Positions 24,005 to 37,589 of a stretch of 64,000 nt of DNA are shown piece after piece. The stretch comes from Vicugna vicugna. Taxonomy: Eukaryota. Every line of letters starts with the position of its first letter. Positions within the stretch are counted from its first letter, which is position 1. The position numbers and the translations under genes are program-made. Under the pieces are notes generated by a model, which was not told the DNA's origin, searched no databases, and saw only the letters and a list, made by a program, of their open reading frames with translations. Location of the stretch: assembly GCA_013265495.1 (NCBI GenBank), contig MU058781.1, forward strand, positions 662,963 to 726,962, given 5' to 3'.

Positions 24005-25368
24005 TTAAAATATTTTATTGGTAAACATAACTACAGAAAACTGCATAAAATAAATGCACAGCTTAACAAATTATTATAAGGTGAATACCTTGTCTTGTAG
24101 TAATCATCAAAAATCATGAGAAATTGACATTGTCAGCCACCCCACAGCCTTTCACAAACTGGCAGCCCTCTCTCCCGCAAGAGTAACAGCTTTCCTGACT
24201 TCTGTTATTCAATTGTCTACTTTCCTGTGTAATTTTATCACCTAGTGTATGTCTCTAAATAGTACAGATTTCATTCTCTTAACTTTTTGAAGCAATTATA
24301 AATCAATAAAATGTTGCAAAAATAGTACAGAACGGTCCCAAATAGCCTTCACTCAATTTCCTTCAATAATAACATCTTACATAACTTTAGTAAAATATCA
24401 AGCTAGAAAACTGACATTGGTTGAATCTACAGAATTTATATTCAGAATTTTCTGAATTTCACCAATATACAATTTCATCACATGTGTATATTTGTGTGAC
24501 CATCACCACAATCAAGATACAAAACTTCCAGCCCTTCAGATATCCCACAGATTACCCCATTATACTCACTCCCTTTTCCCTTAGTCATTTATTAACCTTG
24601 GAAATCATTAACCTGTTCTGTTTAATCTGTAATTTTGAAAATTTTGTACGAAGGGAATCTTACAGCATATAACCTTTTGAGATTGGCTTTTTTCAAAGGC
24701 AGCATAAATCCCTAGAGATCAATCCAAATGTTGCATGCATCAATATTTTGTTCCTTGTGTGTTGCTAAGTAGTGTTTCACAGTATGGATGTACCAAAGTT
24801 CCAAGTACCACTGTAAAACATTTGGGTTGCTTTCTGTTTGTGGCTATTATGAATAGAGTTGTTTTCAACCTTTGTGTACAGGTTTTTATGTGAACGTAAT
24901 ACGTATTCAGTTCTCTGGGATAAATACAGTTTAATTGTTAGGTAATACTATAGTTTAAGTTTTTTATATATAGTATGATGATATATGTATATAAATACTT
25001 ACACTATATATATACTCACATATATATGAATGCTCAACTTTACTCTCTACCTTTTTATTTTTTTAAATCTAGTTTCTGAAGAAGCTTGATCGTTTTTCTT
25101 ACAGAATTTTTCGCAGTCTGAGTTTTGCTGGTTACATTCTCACGATATAGTTTAGTGTGTTCCTCTTCACTTTATATTCCTTGTAAATTATTCTATATCT
25201 AGAGAGTTAATTATATACGACCTCGTGTATCTGGGGGGAGGGGGCAAGATCACTCTCTAAGTGGTGTGTTCTTCAACAGGAAGCGTGCGGTGTCTGTCTC
25301 TTTTTTGTCCATTTAGCCGTCAATGCCTAGATTCTTTATTCATGGTGGCAAAATGATATTACAGTTAT
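24005..25368 (-). mobile_element. Nested old L1 3' UTR fragments (L1MC/L1ME-like)
   Basis: gttgcaaaaatagtacagaacggtccca, catcaccacaatcaagatacaaaac and ttggctattatgaatagagttg...tgtgtacaggtttttatgtgaac. Confidence 0.75.
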
Positions 25369-25369
25369 A

Positions 25370-25833
25370 TCTGAGGAAGACTGAAATATTGGTCCCAATT
25401 CTTCACCCTTCCCTGTGTCCACTCTACACTCTTGCTTTGGCATCTCAAAGGCAAAATGCCTTTCCTGACTCTTCACCTTGAGCCTGGACATGTCACTTGC
25501 TTCGGCCAGTGATTTGTGGGTGGGACTGACAGTGTGCCCATTACATGCCTAGGTTTTAAGAGCCCTCTGTGTTTCCATTTTCCATTTTGTGCTCTGCCAT
25601 CACCCTGAATCACAGTGTCGATCATACCTTCATCCTGGGCCCCAGAATGGACATCTGTGGAACAGCCATGGCCAACTGGACCTGCATCTTGAAGTCAGCC
25701 GAGCCCAGCCTAGGTCAGCCAGTACTTAACTGATCCTCGGTCTTGAGAATAAATGATTGCTATTTTAAGACTTAGATCTTTCAGGAGCTGTTTTATAATG
25801 CTTCATTCTTATGTTAATAACTAACTGATAACA
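25370..25833 (+). mobile_element. MaLR (MLT1G/H-like) solo LTR
   Basis: ggtcccaattcttcacccttccctgtgtcc, catgtcacttgcttcggccagtg, gccgagcccagcctaggtcagcc and aataaatgattgctattttaag...taactgataaca. Confidence 0.8.
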
Positions 25834-28330
25834 CTTTCTTTGCTGGGAGCCTTTTACAAAGAGAAACTTTATGCCGCCCCTTCTTGTTGGTTTCCCAGTG
25901 GATATGCTTTGTAATGGAAATGCAGAATCAATTCTTCATTCTACCTCTTTATTTGCTCTTTTTCAAGTATGCTTTCCTAGTACCCTCCAGAGTAACCCAT
26001 TAATACTGTTTTGTTTGTCTGTTACATGTGTGTGTGCATGTCATGCACGTATGTGTGATTGTGCACTCACACATTTAACATATATGATGTGTTTCTACCT
26101 GCCACTGTTACTAGCCTTATTGATGCTTAATTTGTCCAGTTTTTTCTGACTAATAAGATCCTTCCCAAGCAGGTTCCTACATCTTTTTCATAATCTCCAA
26201 AGGCTTCTCTTATCTAGAGTGATGAGATATCCCAGACTCCTTGCACACATCCTCCCTCGCACTTGCAGCCTGTCATTTCTCCAACAAGCCCACGTGGAGT
26301 GGGCGCTGGGGGCCCGAGGGGTATTACTGCCGAACTGGTCGGTCATTGTTTCTAGTCCTTTTCAGTGAAGGAAACATCTTCATTGAAATTTCTTGAAATT
26401 CTTAATTTACATTTGAAAACATCCTTGCAAATATGTACATCTAAATCCACTTAGAGTTTTGAATGAGGAATTTCATTCTTATTTTTAAGAAAAAAAAAAG
26501 TCATGTTTTCATACGGATATTTCCACTTAGAAGTCAGGCTTGGAGCATGTTTATTTAACCTCTTCTACCCTACAAATGTAGCTACTTCTTCCCTCACCAA
26601 AATGTTTCTTAATATGCCAGAGACGACAGAATTATACTAATGCATGAAATATTCTCAAAATGAGATGTGAGTACTACCACCATAATATGATTACTAAAAA
26701 CAGTTGAAATTTTTTTTGCATACAATCCTCGTATTCTCTCTGGTCACAATTCTACTGCAGGTACATACATATCTTAGTTACTATAATTGCTTTGTTATAA
26801 ATCTCAATGCTGTAGTTTCAGCTCTATATAGGTAAGCATAATTAATGCTTATAGCTAGCTTTTATGTTGATGTCTCTGCATTTATCTTGATTGTCTGAAG
26901 CTTGTTTTCTAATTTATTCCCAAGGAACAGCTAGCTGATGGAGGCAATATTGTTTGAGTGTCATGCAATGCCAATTTATCTGTGGTCTTTACATGCAAAA
27001 GTCAGTTTGCCTAGATATTAAATCTTTCATTCACATTTTCTTTTCTTGGATATCTTACAGTTAATATTCTTCTGTCTTCTGGCATAAACTGATGCTGTTA
27101 GAAAGTCTAGTGACAATCTGATACTCTATAAGTTACTGATCACTGAAATGATTTTCTTCTTCTTTAATGCCCAATGGTTTTGCAAATCCAAAACTTCTAC
27201 TAGGATACATGTTGGATTTAGTAATTTTGGCTTTATCTTCCCACATATGCATCATGCCTTTTCAGTGCATACTTTTGAGTCATCTTCCTTCCAGAAAGGT
27301 TTTCTAGAATTGTGATTTTATAATTATTCTGTTTCCTGGTTTTAATCTTCTTATCTTAGCGATTTCCATATATGTGTGTTGAGATCTTGGTTGCCTAGTT
27401 TCTGTGTGTCACTTTCTCTCCACTCTTCTTCGTTTCTTTTAACTTCTATATCTTTTAAGGAATTACCTGTTGAGTCTGTTCACTCTGTGTACTTTCTAGT
27501 TTACTGTTTCTTTCTGAAATGACATTTCTTTTATTTCTAATTTTTTCTGGAGGCTGTCACCAAACTTTTGAGCTTTTTTCTAATTCTTGTCTTGCTGTAA
27601 TTTCATATCTTGTATTACTTCCTTAAGGGTTTTTAGTTTCTAGTTTGTTTTTTTTTTTCTTTTTTTGGAAATATTTAGTAATAGTTCTCTTCTGTTTTAT
27701 GGACATGACTTTCTGGAAGATGTTCATTATCTACAGGAATGTTATCCTGTATTAATCTCTTTTTCTTTAAGATAGCTTTGTATAGTCTGATCTTAATTCT
27801 TTTGTTGCTAATTTTTGCAAGAAATTAATTTTCCAAACTTTGTTTACTTTAAGATACCTTTCCTAACTTCCAGAAGTTTTTAGGATAGCTCTCGAACTCT
27901 CTCTTCTGTTGTTCTTGTGAAATGTCTAAAAACCATAACACACATGTACAATTTTATTTTAATCTTTCCCCCTTATTTCTATTGTCCTTGATCAGTCATA
28001 TTTCAATTATATCTCCAGTAATTTCTCCTCAGTGTGAGATGTATTTCCTAAAATGGGGTTTTGGCTTGTTAGCTGTGAGGGTTTTCAGAGCCCAGCCAAC
28101 CCAGCACACTCAGGCCGTTTCAGAGCACCTGTAATCACCCCTCTACTGGAGTATTTACCCCTCCCCACCTCAGCACCTGCTCTCAGATTGGTTCGCTGAG
28201 ATTTCTCATGAGTGTCTTTGATTAATTCTGAATTATTAGGTCCTAAAGACATCCTCTTGTTTTTTTCAGTTTCTCTTGCATGGATACTAAAAACACAAAG
28301 ATTTTATAGCTGTCATTTCATCAGCACTTA
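25834..28330 (-). mobile_element. Ancient L1 remnants (3' UTR then ORF1/5'-like), highly diverged
   Basis: T-rich plus strand with gtcatttctccaacaagccc and tgctgttagaaagtctagtgacaatctga, resembling L1M antisense; boundaries uncertain. Confidence 0.5.
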
Positions 28331-29549
28331 TCAATATTTTGATTTTTATGGGAAATAAAAATTACAAAATAAAAAGGTAACTGAGATAGCAATTAATGGA
28401 ACTCAGAAATGTCAGAAAAGCATTAACAATGGCTCACTCTAAGAACACATTGGACCAGAGATTCCTACAAATCCATAAAGCCACTTCTTAATTATGTATT
28501 TTGCTTTTATTTTTAAATAAAATTCTTATTTTCAGATGACATTGGGGCTAAATTTAGATTTCTCAGCAATTTTACTAGATTATTACACATTCTACAGTTT
28601 CATCAAATGATGGATAGTTTATCTCTTTTTAATGCTTACCTTTTCAGGGTTGTTTCCATAATAATTCTCAAAGGTCATGGCATTCACAGCTCTTTATGTC
28701 AATAGAGGTTCTGACTAAATCTACTGAATCATTCATGAATATATTCTTAATGCAAATAATTGCTTTTTTATGTTAGAAACATATCTTTAAGTCAGCTTTT
28801 CTCTTTTTTGCATGAATGGCACTGTTTCTCAACTTAATAGCTTGATAAGACTAGGGGGAAAGTTGCCCTGTAATTGATTTCTACATTTATGCCAGCTTTA
28901 CCCTACTAAAAAAATGAAGCTTTATGATCTTGTTTAAAAGAGTTTAGGAATACTGGAAGTGCATGATAAAACCCGCTACATGGTACTTTCCTTTACAAGC
29001 ACCTGATAAGGATTATTAAATTGGATTTTAATTTGAATCCCTTTCAAATGTATATATCTACCAGTATTTGTGTTACCCTGTTGAAACCATAGGATAAACA
29101 GATCTAGCTATTTTTGGCATCTGAGCATGGTGGAGAACAAAATGAAGAGATGTAGATACAACCTCAGCATCTTTCTTAACACCGTGCTGTAGGGCAGCTA
29201 CCACAAATTAAAGTTAGCCCAGGAGTTTTGATCTGCTTGTCATCCTTGGGACATTAAAAAACATCCATTTGGAGGCTTATTCTCATGCTGACTGCAGCTG
29301 GTGGGCCAGCCCAGCCCCGGGGAAGCCTGTTCAGGAGCAGGCCTCCGTTCCCCGGCACCTGCAGGCTTGTTGAGCAGCCCAGCCTGGTAACTTCACCCAT
29401 TACTCTGAGCGAGAGAGGACTTGAATGACAGGCACCGAGCCAGTGTTTACCCTGTGGGGCTCGTGACACACACAGTGTCTGTCAACAGTCCCTATCACTT
29501 GCCTGCTTATGCAGACTTTTTTTTTCCTGATGTATTCATCACCAGACTG

Positions 29550-30060
29550 CAGACACCTAGTTAATCCATTTAGAACCTATCAGCTCTGTTCATCGGCTCA
29601 TAAACCTATTACCTTGGAGGCGCGGTGCTAAGGGACACAGGTGCCAGACCAGTGCACAAAACCCAATTGAGTTATGCAGCAGGCAGTGAGGGGCTCCTAA
29701 TCACGATTCTGACTGCATGGGGAATTGCCCGTGTTATGTGGTAGCAGCCACTTTATTAAATATCGATTTAAATCACGGCCTTTAATCAAATCTGATAGAA
29801 GACCTTTTTCACCTTCGCCCCTCTTCGGTTCCTCCCCCCCCCCTTTCCAATCAGCCTGTCTGGTGACATCGGAGCTGAGGAATGAATAGTTAGCAAGTAG
29901 TTCACCAGAAAACCCTTTGCAGCAGTAATGAGGCATTTGTGATAATCGAGTGATGAAATGTAAATGGGCAGTAATGAGCACAATTACGTCCACTAGGGAA
30001 CCATCAGCGTGGCTTCTTTCCTCACAGATAGATGAGCTCTTTCTCTGTCATTGCCCACTG
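29550..30060. promoter_or_regulatory. Candidate conserved non-coding element / developmental enhancer
   Basis: Non-repetitive; dense TAAT/ATTA cores, GCAGTAATGAG twice (29922, 29968), ATCGAT (29762), CCAAT (29847). Conservation is inferred, not measured. Confidence 0.55.
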
Positions 30061-30360
30061 CTGACTTCACTTCGCAGGATGCCTCGCGCGGGTGGGGAGA
30101 GGCCTGGGGGCCGAGGGGGTGGGGAGCTGAGAAACAGCACAGAGAACACGGCCCGGACCGCTGTCCGGTCAGCGCCCTGGCGGGAGCCACTTTGGTCCCC
30201 AACACTCCGGCCAGGACCTTCACCAGCCGTCTCCGCACCCCGCCCCTCCTCTCCCTTCCCTCTCGGTCCTTGGAGATGCTAGGACTCCATTGGCTGCGAG
30301 GCTGGAAAGCCGCCTCGCTGTGCTAACGAGCTTGCGTGAACCTCGGCCTGTGTGTTACAC
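30061..30360. promoter_or_regulatory. Small CpG-rich, GC-rich patch with G-quadruplex motif
   Basis: About 22 CpG counted by eye in 300 bp against a CpG-poor background; GGGTGGGGAGAGGCCTGGGGGCCGAGGGGGTGGGG at 30090-30124. Confidence 0.6.
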
Positions 30361-31094
30361 TGGAAAACCGTGCAGTGGGACTGGGGCCGACTGGATGTGA
30401 GCAAAGACTGAAGCCAAGAAATGGGACCCTTGCCAGGAAACACCAGGACACTGCCGCCGGTGTCATCTTTGTAGGCAGGGAGCTAGCGGGGAGAAAGATG
30501 CTGGCGTTTCCAGGAAACAGGACAGCTCAGCACATCTGTTACAGCTCTACCCAGAGCTAACGCAATCTGGCATTGCGTGGCAGGATGTTTTTACAACAAA
30601 ACCAGAGTGGTCTACCAGTTGCAGGACAAATTGTAGCGTGTGGAAAATGTTTCATTATCTTAAAAAAATTTTTTTAATTAGTTGGAGAAAAACGTAGTCA
30701 GCCCTTGACACAGGAAATATGTATTACGGTGTTTTAAGAACACATTTGAAATGAACGACTAGTTCACTAATATGACTATAATGTACACACAGTCACATTA
30801 AAATTAGAGAAACATAAATATGTCTTTAAAAATAGCTTTACTAAATAAATGAGTTAAGTGTAGATGTACAGATGTAAGGGATTCGAGTTAGGATATGAAA
30901 ACTGATTTTAATGAATGTTCAATTAAAAGCTAGCTAATGTTATTTTGTATTAGAGGTTTCCAAACCCACAAAAACTTAGTATTTTCTAAGGTTATATTCT
31001 CAGTTTGTAGTAGAGCAAGTGCCATGTTTTTTGTTATTTTTTTCTTGTTACTACTGTTTTGTTTTCGAACTTTGCATCATTAAATGTCTACTTT

Positions 31095-31208
31095 TTAGAT
31101 ATTTATTTTATTTAATATTTTAATTTTAATATTTATTATATTATAGTTTTTATTAATTTATATGTTTAACTTATATTTATTTTTATTTAATATTTAATAT
31201 TTTTATTA
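31095..31208. repeat. AT-rich low-complexity tract
   Basis: Almost pure A/T (tatttatttatttaatattttaattttaatatttattata...). Confidence 0.85.
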
Positions 31209-31884
31209 GCCAGAGTTGGTAAATTATAAAAAATATTAGGCCAAATTTCTGTCAGTAGACCAAGCTGTTAAATGTACATGACTGTTGTTCAATATGAGAA
31301 ATGCATCTATTGTTTAATAATATTCATTTGCCCAAAGATAAATTGACAAGGTTAGCAACATTTTTCAATTTTCTAAGTAGTTAGTTTAAGGACAACTTTT
31401 CCTGGGATATTCATTTTAAAGAGTGCTGAATTTGTGGAGAGCTAGGGTTCATGGGTGGCTTCATCCTCATAGTCTTGAATATATTGGGAAAGTTTGGCAA
31501 AATGATTCGCTCAGAGAAATTTGATGAATTGCCTTTTAGTGAGCTGGTTATTTGGTTTATCACTTATTCAGTAAATAGCCTTCTGGCAAGCTGATTTTTG
31601 TTAAATTGGCTTTAAAAACTTTGAATGACTTAGAAAGTGTTTAAAAAATGCCAATCTGACCTAATTAAAAATAAATCAATGGCACCTACTGATTTAGTAT
31701 AGAAAGGTAATATCACAAATCAGTACCCTGAGTCACTCAAGACCCTTAATCTTATGACAAAAGTGCAAAACTAAGACCTACTGAGGCAGTGATTATAAAA
31801 ATTGATGAAACACTGTGTAACTTAGCTTTGCTTGCTCCAGCAACCTTAATTCTTGTGACACTACAACTTGTTTGGGTAACAGAA

Positions 31885-32225
31885 CTGTAATATGTCCCCC
31901 TACAGACACCATGTGGTTTCCTTTCTACACCTTTGTGTATCCAGGCCTTTCTAGCTTGGGCCCTTCCTTCTCTTCTTTTTCTTCATCATCACCCAACTTA
32001 ACGATCCCTTCCTCCTTGGGAAACCTTTCTCAGTTCCCAAGACTGGATAGTTTAAACATTTTCTCAGCATCCATTGCTTTGTTTCTTAGTTCTGCTTCAC
32101 ATATTTTATTCACAGTGAAGTTCTTGGAGTTAAAATATTCAAAGATGAATTTTTAGGTTTGTATCTGCTGCATGAATTTTGTTGCCTGGGGGATAGTAGT
32201 TTCTCAATAAATGTTTATTAACTAG
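31885..32225 (+). mobile_element. L2 3' end fragment
   Basis: ctcctccttgggaaacctttctcag...gcctgggggatagtagtttctcaataaatgtttattaa resembles the L2 3' terminus. Confidence 0.55.
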
Positions 32226-34099
32226 AATTGGAACGGTTTTAACCCACCTTCTTGACTTAGTAAGTATTCAGACAGAAACCTAACTGCATCCTACTCTTAT
32301 CCTTTTAATTTTTAATCTGCCACCTCTCTCTCTTAAAAAAAGCAAGTCAGAAAATGTCCTGTAAATTGAAGGTTCTATGAGGTGTGAGTGTGTTAAGAAA
32401 GCTTTAAGAAAAGTCTCTCTTCCTCTCTGGTACAATAAAACCCAGTTTGCTGAAAATGATTGTTTTCCTGAGCATCTGACATGAATATAGGTCTGACTCT
32501 GACAGTTAAAGAATGCTTTGTTTGTGGCTTTTTTTCTTTCAGAATTAGTGTGTATTTATAAAGGATGTAAAATACACATGAAATGACAACACAGGGAGAA
32601 GAGCTGACCTACTTAGAAGAACAAGCTGTGTTTAACAATACGGGACCGTGTGTTTCATGTATTTGAATTTAAAGTTGCATGATAATAAATCCTTTCAGAT
32701 GTACTAATTGACACAGATCCTCCAGTTAGCAAAAACAGGATGCCTGCTTGGCAATGCTCTTCTAGCCTGTTTAAAAGCCCCATCCCATAAAAGATGTTAC
32801 TCTAATTCAGGTTGCCCTTGCTCACAATTTATTCCTATCAAGAGAGCTGAAAGGTTCCAGTGTTCAGCTATTTCTTTGTTCATTTTTCATGACTTTTTCT
32901 TCATGCTGGCTTTTTAGTATTGTGTTTCACTAATGCTTAGAAGCTCTATTATAGGAAAAAAAATAAACCATTCAGTTCCATTAATTTGGGAGTGTAATAA
33001 AAAGACATACAATAAGAAAAGATTCAGAGAATCTGATGGAAATGTGGAAATTATCATTTTCAGTCACCCCACTATTGTGGACTGGCTGTACTCTTTATAA
33101 TTCTGAAGTACGCCTACTTCTAAATGCACATTTACCGTTTTATCATTTTTCATTCATTATTTTCTAAAAAGCTGTTAACAGTAAGCCTAAAGGCCATACT
33201 TAAGCTATCACTCCAAAAAATTTAAAGAAACTCATTTGAGTCTTTTAGAAATAACATTGGTCTGTGTTATATGGTATATGGCACATATCAACAATGCATT
33301 TCACTTTTAACCTGTCCCATAACCCATCCGCAGTTATTCATGGATGCAGTTAGATGAGGTTATTTTCCCCCTGACAAAAATGGGCCATTTTTTCCTGCTT
33401 AGCGAAATCTGGAACACAGATCATTATAGCGCTTTTGGCAGCTAATTTGAAAATCAGTGACTCAACTTTGAGAAGAATCTTTTTTTCTGCCCTAAAGAAT
33501 CTCTGAGTTTTCAGACTCCAGTAATTGAAAAATCCCCAAACACTCACTCACAGAGGAGATACACATTACTGCAGGAACAGTCTACAAATTGTAAAGTATT
33601 CAATTTACATCCCCAGCACCTCAGGGCAGTTCTGAAGAATTTATATCTTTGGGAACCTTTGAACTAACAAAAGATAACATTTCACAGTAAAGTCTACTTG
33701 GATAAAACTTTTTAACTCCCTTCTATCCTCTTATAAAGGAACTGCTTCCTTCACGTGATTCTGACTGGGAAGATGAACCCCAGCCGTGAAAAAATGGGAC
33801 AGAAAAGAAAAAGAAATGGAAAAAACAAAAATGAAAAAACAGAAACATCTTTTCTGTCAAAAAACAATGCCTATGTGCATGTTAATTATTCCTGAGCTGC
33901 CGTGGCACAGTTATTATAGCTCTTTGTTTTAAGGAGCAAAACAGAAGAAGTTTTATTTTTATGATTGTACTTCAAATTTCAGGAAAAAAGGATCCAATTT
34001 TTTTTTTTCTATTTGGGATTGTCACCTTGGTAGATAGTTTTTTGATTAATAAATACATCTGGTATTTTTGATATTTTTAAGGAAGTTGAGGAAAAGACA

Positions 34100-34870
34100 C
34101 TTTCATTGGAGCACTAAAATTCAGCGCATCCCTAAAACGAACTTCTTGTCAGAGATTCCAATTAGCAAATAAAAACTCCTCTCCTTGTTAATTACCATGT
34201 GTACTTCCACAGCCAATGAGCCTTAAATGATTTATTTAATTTAAAAAATATGGCTCTGTAGTGTTTGGTTCTCCTTGTTTTCTGGCTCTTGTAAAGGAAG
34301 CAGTAAGAAATTTGCAGTGGATTAAATTGGACCTGCATTTTCTAGGTAGGAAGTGATCTTTCTCTGCCCCTTCCTCTGGCTTTTTGATCAAAGATGATTT
34401 CTGGTAGAGTAATTACTAATTTTCTGACATCTGTGGCTCAGGACAGAGTTAGCATTTGGACTGAAAATTTTAACAAAGGAAAGCTCCTTTATGAAATCCT
34501 TTCTCAATTCTTTGATTAGCATATTCATTATCAATCCTATGGTAACAATAATGAAGCATTTAAATGCAATAACTTGATAAGCCTTTTTTTAAGGTTAAAA
34601 ATTGATCAGTGTTCCTGTTAAGTAATAACGTAGGAATCAACAATCTCATAAAACTGGTTTATTCAGCCCAGAAAATTAGGCAATCCATCATGACTGATTT
34701 GCTCACACGTCCCCCTGCAAATAAGTGCGATGGAAACTTTAAAACCAATAAGATAATGCACTTTACAGATGCAGCTGAGAGAGATGGATAAACTGAGATG
34801 CCACCGGCATCGGCTACAAAAAAAAATCTGTTGTGTTTCCAATTACTTGAGCAGATTTTTGTATCCCAAT
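34100..34870. promoter_or_regulatory. Candidate conserved non-coding element / neural-type enhancer
   Basis: ATTAGCAT (octamer variant, 34515-34522) close to AACAAT (SOX, 34544-34549) and GGTAAC (RFX half-site); many TAAT cores; no repeat recognised. Confidence 0.5.
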
Positions 34871-35979
34871 TTGCTGCCAGCCTGGCTGCATCTAGCCCCC
34901 TCCTCCTGTTTTTTCAAACCAAGTCATCAGGTCTTAAATCAGAACAAGCTCATCATATCATCCTATGAAAGGCCAACAGGGGATAAAGGACCCCAGATGT
35001 TATGTGAGTGTTCTTCTAGGCTTTCATTTCAGCCTTCCTGCGTTCCCCATGCTGCTTTTTACTTGTCAGAAAGGAAAATGTGCTTTGATAGATAACAACC
35101 CTATTTTCTTCACTGGCTGAGCTTAGAGAGTACTATTAAGTATTGATATCTAGGGTGCTTAACTAGGGAATGCAATCACAGCAGTCCCAAAATTGGGGTT
35201 CTGTTGCATTATTTTACATGCCAAGATTTTTGAAAGACTCCAAATTAATTTTGTTTTCCTTAGGAAATAAAAGTCATAGGGTTTTAGTTGTGAGAGATGA
35301 AAGGAAGGGAACCAAGGCCCGTGCCTCCCTGTATCTCTCCTTCCTCCTGCAGATCTCCGCTCACATCAAGGGGTCCAGATACCCCTGGGAAGCCTTGCAG
35401 AGGTGAATTCTTGAAACGGAACTGTAGCCCTAGCCTGCCAAAGCAAACTGTTGAAATGCTTTGTACTTGGAGAGCTTAGCATTTGTACAACTTTGGTCCT
35501 GTTATCAAAGAAAGGGAGAAAAATAAAGGAATCTTCCATAATCTACCTTCAGAGACAATCTCATCACACGATGATGGTAACAACTCTGACACGTGGCAAA
35601 CTGGGGCATCTCAACTTGCTTGTGACGGGGTTCAAGGTCAGCCTATGCTAACTATGTAACGCAGCCACCTTGTGTGATTTGATGCAGGAGACAAAATCAC
35701 TCTCCTCTGGATTCCAATAAAACTGTATGTAAAAAAAAATTTTATATATATATATATACTTTTATAGGCTTTGCTGGATACGTGTCATAAAAGGATGCCC
35801 AGTTTTGCTTGTAGCTTCCTGGACTCCTTGTGGCGAATGCAGGCTCTGCCTGAGAGGAAAGTAGGTGAAAGTTAAACTGAATGAGAAGAGGTGTTTGCTT
35901 ACAGTAGCCTGAGGTCATGTAGGCGGAGGAAAATCCTGGGATGATGTTCTATGAGAGAATACCACTGTTGTTAAGTCTA

Positions 35980-36212
35980 CAGCAGCATCCTTAACTGGAG
36001 GTGATTTCCCCTTCACCCCCAGGGGACACTTGACAGTGTCTGGAGACACATTTGATTGTCGCAGTTGGAGGTGGTATGTTCCGGATATATAGTTGGTAGA
36101 GGCCCAGGAGTGCAGCTGAACATGCGATAACATGTTTAGGACATGTAAGGACAGTCCCCCATAGCAATGATCTAGCCCCAGATGCCAGCAGTGATAAGGC
36201 TGAGACACTCCA
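35980..36212 (+). mobile_element. MER20 (hAT-Charlie MITE)
   Basis: ccccaggggacacttgacagtgtctggagacacatttgattgtcgcagttgg...tagttggtagaggcccaggagtgcagctgaacat...aggctgagacactc matches MER20 along its length. Confidence 0.9.
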
Positions 36213-37589
36213 GTGGAAATGGTGGAAATGGCACAAGGAGCATTGATGTCACATGTTGGGTGGATGGGTGTGCGGGAGGAGGTGGCAGGACTGGCTTGGC
36301 CATCAGTGCGGTGAGAACTGGGAATCCAGCAAAGGCTGGACCCTCTCCTGTGGCTCATACAGGTGCCACAGGATTGAACCTAAAGGAACTTCCAGGGCTG
36401 GTCTGTTCAGCTTGTAACACTTCTGTGACCAGCGGCTGGAAATGATTAAAAATTATCTGCTAATAATAAGCTGTAAGATGAAAAGGCACCCAGCTGCTCA
36501 GATTAAACCCTGCAGTCGCCCGTCAACCAGATAGTACTAAATGGCACGTGGTGGCCACTAGATAAATGTTCATTTAATGAACAAAAGAATAATTGTTTTT
36601 TAATTGAATGAATAAACAAATGAGCTAACTATTTCTGGATGTCCGCACTTTAAGAGGTTGACTGACTCTTCTCAGTCACTAAGCTCAGCAGGACTGGTTT
36701 GATGACAGATGCCTTAGAGATTGTGAGGGGCGAATGCAGACAGACCTCAGAGCTTCTGACGCTTGCAGAAGCAGTTGGCTCACCTGAACTGTGCAATAGA
36801 GATGGGTGGTTTATAGGCGGATACATGCATTAAGACGTTGAGCATTTTATGATCAACAGCATATCCCAAATTATCTGCAAGCAAAAAGTACACTGATATT
36901 TTGTACTTCTTTGCCTGTTAGTTTCAAAGACCAAGAATCAAAAATAAGTTAGAGACATAAAATAGGTCAAAATTTATGAAATTGCTAATATTTAAGCTTT
37001 AGACCTATAAGAACAGTGATTTTGTATGGTTTGATCTAAATGAAAGAAGTTTAGGATAAATAAGGCAAAATGTATACAGTGTCTTCGTGCAAATGGTATA
37101 GAGCAAATTTCCTTACCAGTAATCACGCGAATCCACTGTCAGCTTCACTGATACATATGGGTATGTGTATATTCCACCATGCAGCTGTGGAGCAGGTGCA
37201 GGGAGCAGGTAATGGATGGGAGAGAAACCAGCTGGTGAAAGGAGTAGAAATTCCTGTCCACAGAGGGACACCCTGCCTCGGATAAAGACCTGCGGTGGCT
37301 AATTAAAGTCAGTCCCAGGCAGGCATAGAGATCCCAGAAGATTGGGATCTCATGGTTGAGTTAGAGGATTTGGGTATAAATAACAGTGGCTGTGGCCTCA
37401 GATACAGTATTGAGTTTAAGTGGAGAAATCCACGTGAGCAAATATGAAAAAGTACCAGGACTATATTATGGCAAGAGACCTTTGGGCAGAAGCAGCCAGT
37501 AGAGCAGAATGGATTTCCTAAGGAACATGTAGAAATCTCAAAATGGTAAGCATGAGCCATTTCTCAAGGTTCTTTTTCTTTAGCTTCAG

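Noticed and set aside
30168..30186. CTCF site (cagcgccctggcggg)
   Set aside because: Two bases short of the CTCF core spacing.
29950..30326. Overlapping GC-rich ORFs as coding sequence
   Set aside because: Expected from stop-codon scarcity in GC-rich DNA; low-complexity Pro/Arg/Gly peptides with no homology recognised.
35560..35740. Processed pseudogene 3' end (AATAAA then A9) or C/D snoRNA
   Set aside because: No TSD or parent transcript recognised; ttccaataaaact also resembles MER58; box C/D-like motifs are imperfect and too close together.
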